A DNA stretch of 51,342 nt from Candidatus Hydrogenedentota bacterium (GTDB lineage: Bacteria; Hydrogenedentota; Hydrogenedentia; Hydrogenedentales; SLHB01): positions 1-51,342 of the forward strand of contig JAWXCN010000151.1 in NCBI GenBank assembly GCA_034408725.1, in the 5' to 3' direction. The translations under genes and the position numbers were made by a program. Positions 49,839-51,342 of this stretch are shown here, piece by piece (within the stretch, counting starts at the first letter, position 1; each line of letters begins with the position of its first letter). The notes beneath the pieces were generated by a model that did no database searches, had not been told where the DNA came from, and was given only the letters and a program-made list of their open reading frames with translations.

Positions 49839-51342
49839 TTATTTTGCATGCACTGGCACGTCCACGTCGATTTCACCGAGGACGTCCAGCTTCGACGCAA
49901 AATCACGGTAGGCTGCGGGGTAGTCGTCCACGATGTCGTTGATCAGCCAGCGGTACCGGCCTTCCATTACGCCATCGCCGACCTTGTTGAACATGTGGTT
50001 GTGATTGTTCTTGATCGCCTTGAAGTTCTCGGCTATGCGGCGCCGCGCGTTCTTGCAATAGAGGTCGGCCAATTCCTGCGGGCTCTGATCGCCCGGGTTC
50101 TGCGCGAGGTGCGCTTCGGCGTACGCAAGCGACGATGCCATCGTAAACAGGTCCACGCCGATGTCCACAAAGTTGGCGAGGATAAGCTGTTCAACTTCGA
50201 GTTTCTCTTTATACTTCGCCATCGAGTGGAATATGGTTCGCGCAAGTTTTTTGCACGTGCGCGCGACGAACGCGAGGTGGTCCTGGTTTGCGCCGTGCAG
50301 GTGTTTCACTTTGAAGTCCGTGCTCGCGGGCAACCACTGCTTCGGGTACCACGCGGCATAGAATTTCACCGCCTTCCAGATCAGTGCGGCCTTCGATTCT
50401 TTCTGACCCGGCTTCGGCTTCATGATCGGCATGGCCAGCTTAAAATGCGTATCGAGCGCTTCACGGGCCATGATGAGGTGCATGATTTCGGTGGAACCCT
50501 CAAAGATGCGCGATACACGCGCGTCGCGCATCCACTGTTCGACCGCCGCGGGGTGGTCGCCGCGGTGATACAGCGAATAGGCGGTCTCGTAACCGCGTCC
50601 GCCCCGCACCTGCAAGAACTCGTCGAGGTTTTTCCAGGCGACTTCCGTGCAAAAGTATTTCGCGATGGCCGCTTCGAGGCGAATGTCCGCGTTCTCGCGG
50701 TCCGCGTATGCGCAGGCCAGCCAGACGACACTCTCCATCGTGAACGTATCGGCGGCGAGATTGCCGATCTTGCGCGCGATGCTCTGATGCTTGCCAATCG
50801 GCACGCCCCACTGCACGCGGTCGTTGCACCATTGTTGGGCAATCGTGATGCAACGCTTCAACACACCCGACGACGCCGCGGGAATGCCGAGACGTCCAGT
50901 GTTCAGCGTGCCAAGGGCGATGCGCAGACCGTCACCTGGCTTACCGATGATGTTTTCCTTCGGCACCTTGACGTTGCTAAAGCGCAGCAGGCCGTTCGAG
51001 AGGCCCTTGAGCCCCATGAACGAACACACGTGCTCGACCGTAAAGCCGGGCATGCTTTTCTCGACGATGAACGCCGAAATTTGTGTTTTCTCTTTACCGT
51101 TCACGATCTTCGGCGGAGTCTTCGCCATTACGACGAGAATGTCGGCGGATGGCCCATTCGTGCACCAAAGTTTGTCGCCGTTGATCAAGTAATACGAGCC
51201 GTCCTCCGAAGGCGTCGCAGTCGTGCCCATCTTGCCGGGGTCCGAGCCGACGTCCGGTTCCGTGAGCGCGAACGCGGAGATTTCGCCCTTCGCAAGGCGC
51301 GGCAGGAACTTCTTCTTCTGTTCTTCCGTGCCGTACATTTTC
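49839..51342 (-). CDS. Acyl-CoA dehydrogenase, long (VLCAD/FadE-like), 5' truncated by the window end
   Basis: SAFALTEPDVGSD, INGDKLWCTNG, LNTGR, RVQWGVPIG, QVRGGRGY and RIFEGSTEI, plus a C-terminal extension. Confidence 0.93.
   Translation of the reverse strand, partial: KMYGTEEQKKKFLPRLAKGEISAFALTEPDVGSDPGKMGTTATPSEDGSYYLINGDKLWCTNGPSADILVVMAKTPPKIVNGKEKTQISAFIVEKSMPGFTVEHVCSFMGLKGLSNGLLRFSNVKVPKENIIGKPGDGLRIALGTLNTGRLGIPAASSGVLKRCITIAQQWCNDRVQWGVPIGKHQSIARKIGNLAADTFTMESVVWLACAYADRENADIRLEAAIAKYFCTEVAWKNLDEFLQVRGGRGYETAYSLYHRGDHPAAVEQWMRDARVSRIFEGSTEIMHLIMAREALDTHFKLAMPIMKPKPGQKESKAALIWKAVKFYAAWYPKQWLPASTDFKVKHLHGANQDHLAFVARTCKKLARTIFHSMAKYKEKLEVEQLILANFVDIGVDLFTMASSLAYAEAHLAQNPGDQSPQELADLYCKNARRRIAENFKAIKNNHNHMFNKVGDGVMEGRYRWLINDIVDDYPAAYRDFASKLDVLGEIDVDVPVHAK

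Overview
GC-rich bacterial chromosome segment. The gene mix (DUF1553/DUF1501 pair, BNR sialidases, BACON-bearing subtilase, carboxypeptidase-regulatory-like repeat protein) suggests Candidatus Hydrogenedentes or a similar lineage; this is inference and needs a 16S search. The left end holds a minus-strand rRNA operon (16S, tRNA-Ile, tRNA-Ala, 23S truncated by the window edge) with tandem sigma70 promoters and duplicated boxA. About 27 protein genes follow: a YjdI-like Fe-S protein, cpATP-grasp/alpha-E, extended PilT, MltD-LysM, a TolB-like protein, secreted glycan-active enzymes, a surface-polysaccharide module, a large subtilase, Gdx/SugE, a lipid-catabolic operon and a partial acyl-CoA dehydrogenase. 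Signals not shown in the ORF track: (1) seven co-oriented DnaA-box-like 9-mers, six in two identically spaced triads, at 8963-9173 with no dnaA in the window; (2) a 192-bp-period REP mosaic plus further REP families; (3) two hidden -1 frameshifts, one masking a HicB-like gene and one truncating a methyltransferase; (4) a tightly coupled DoxX-lysophospholipase-lysoplasmalogenase-PHP lipoprotein operon that could scavenge plasmalogens. No CRISPR array or transposase was seen. All family assignments come from motif recognition by eye, not from database searches.
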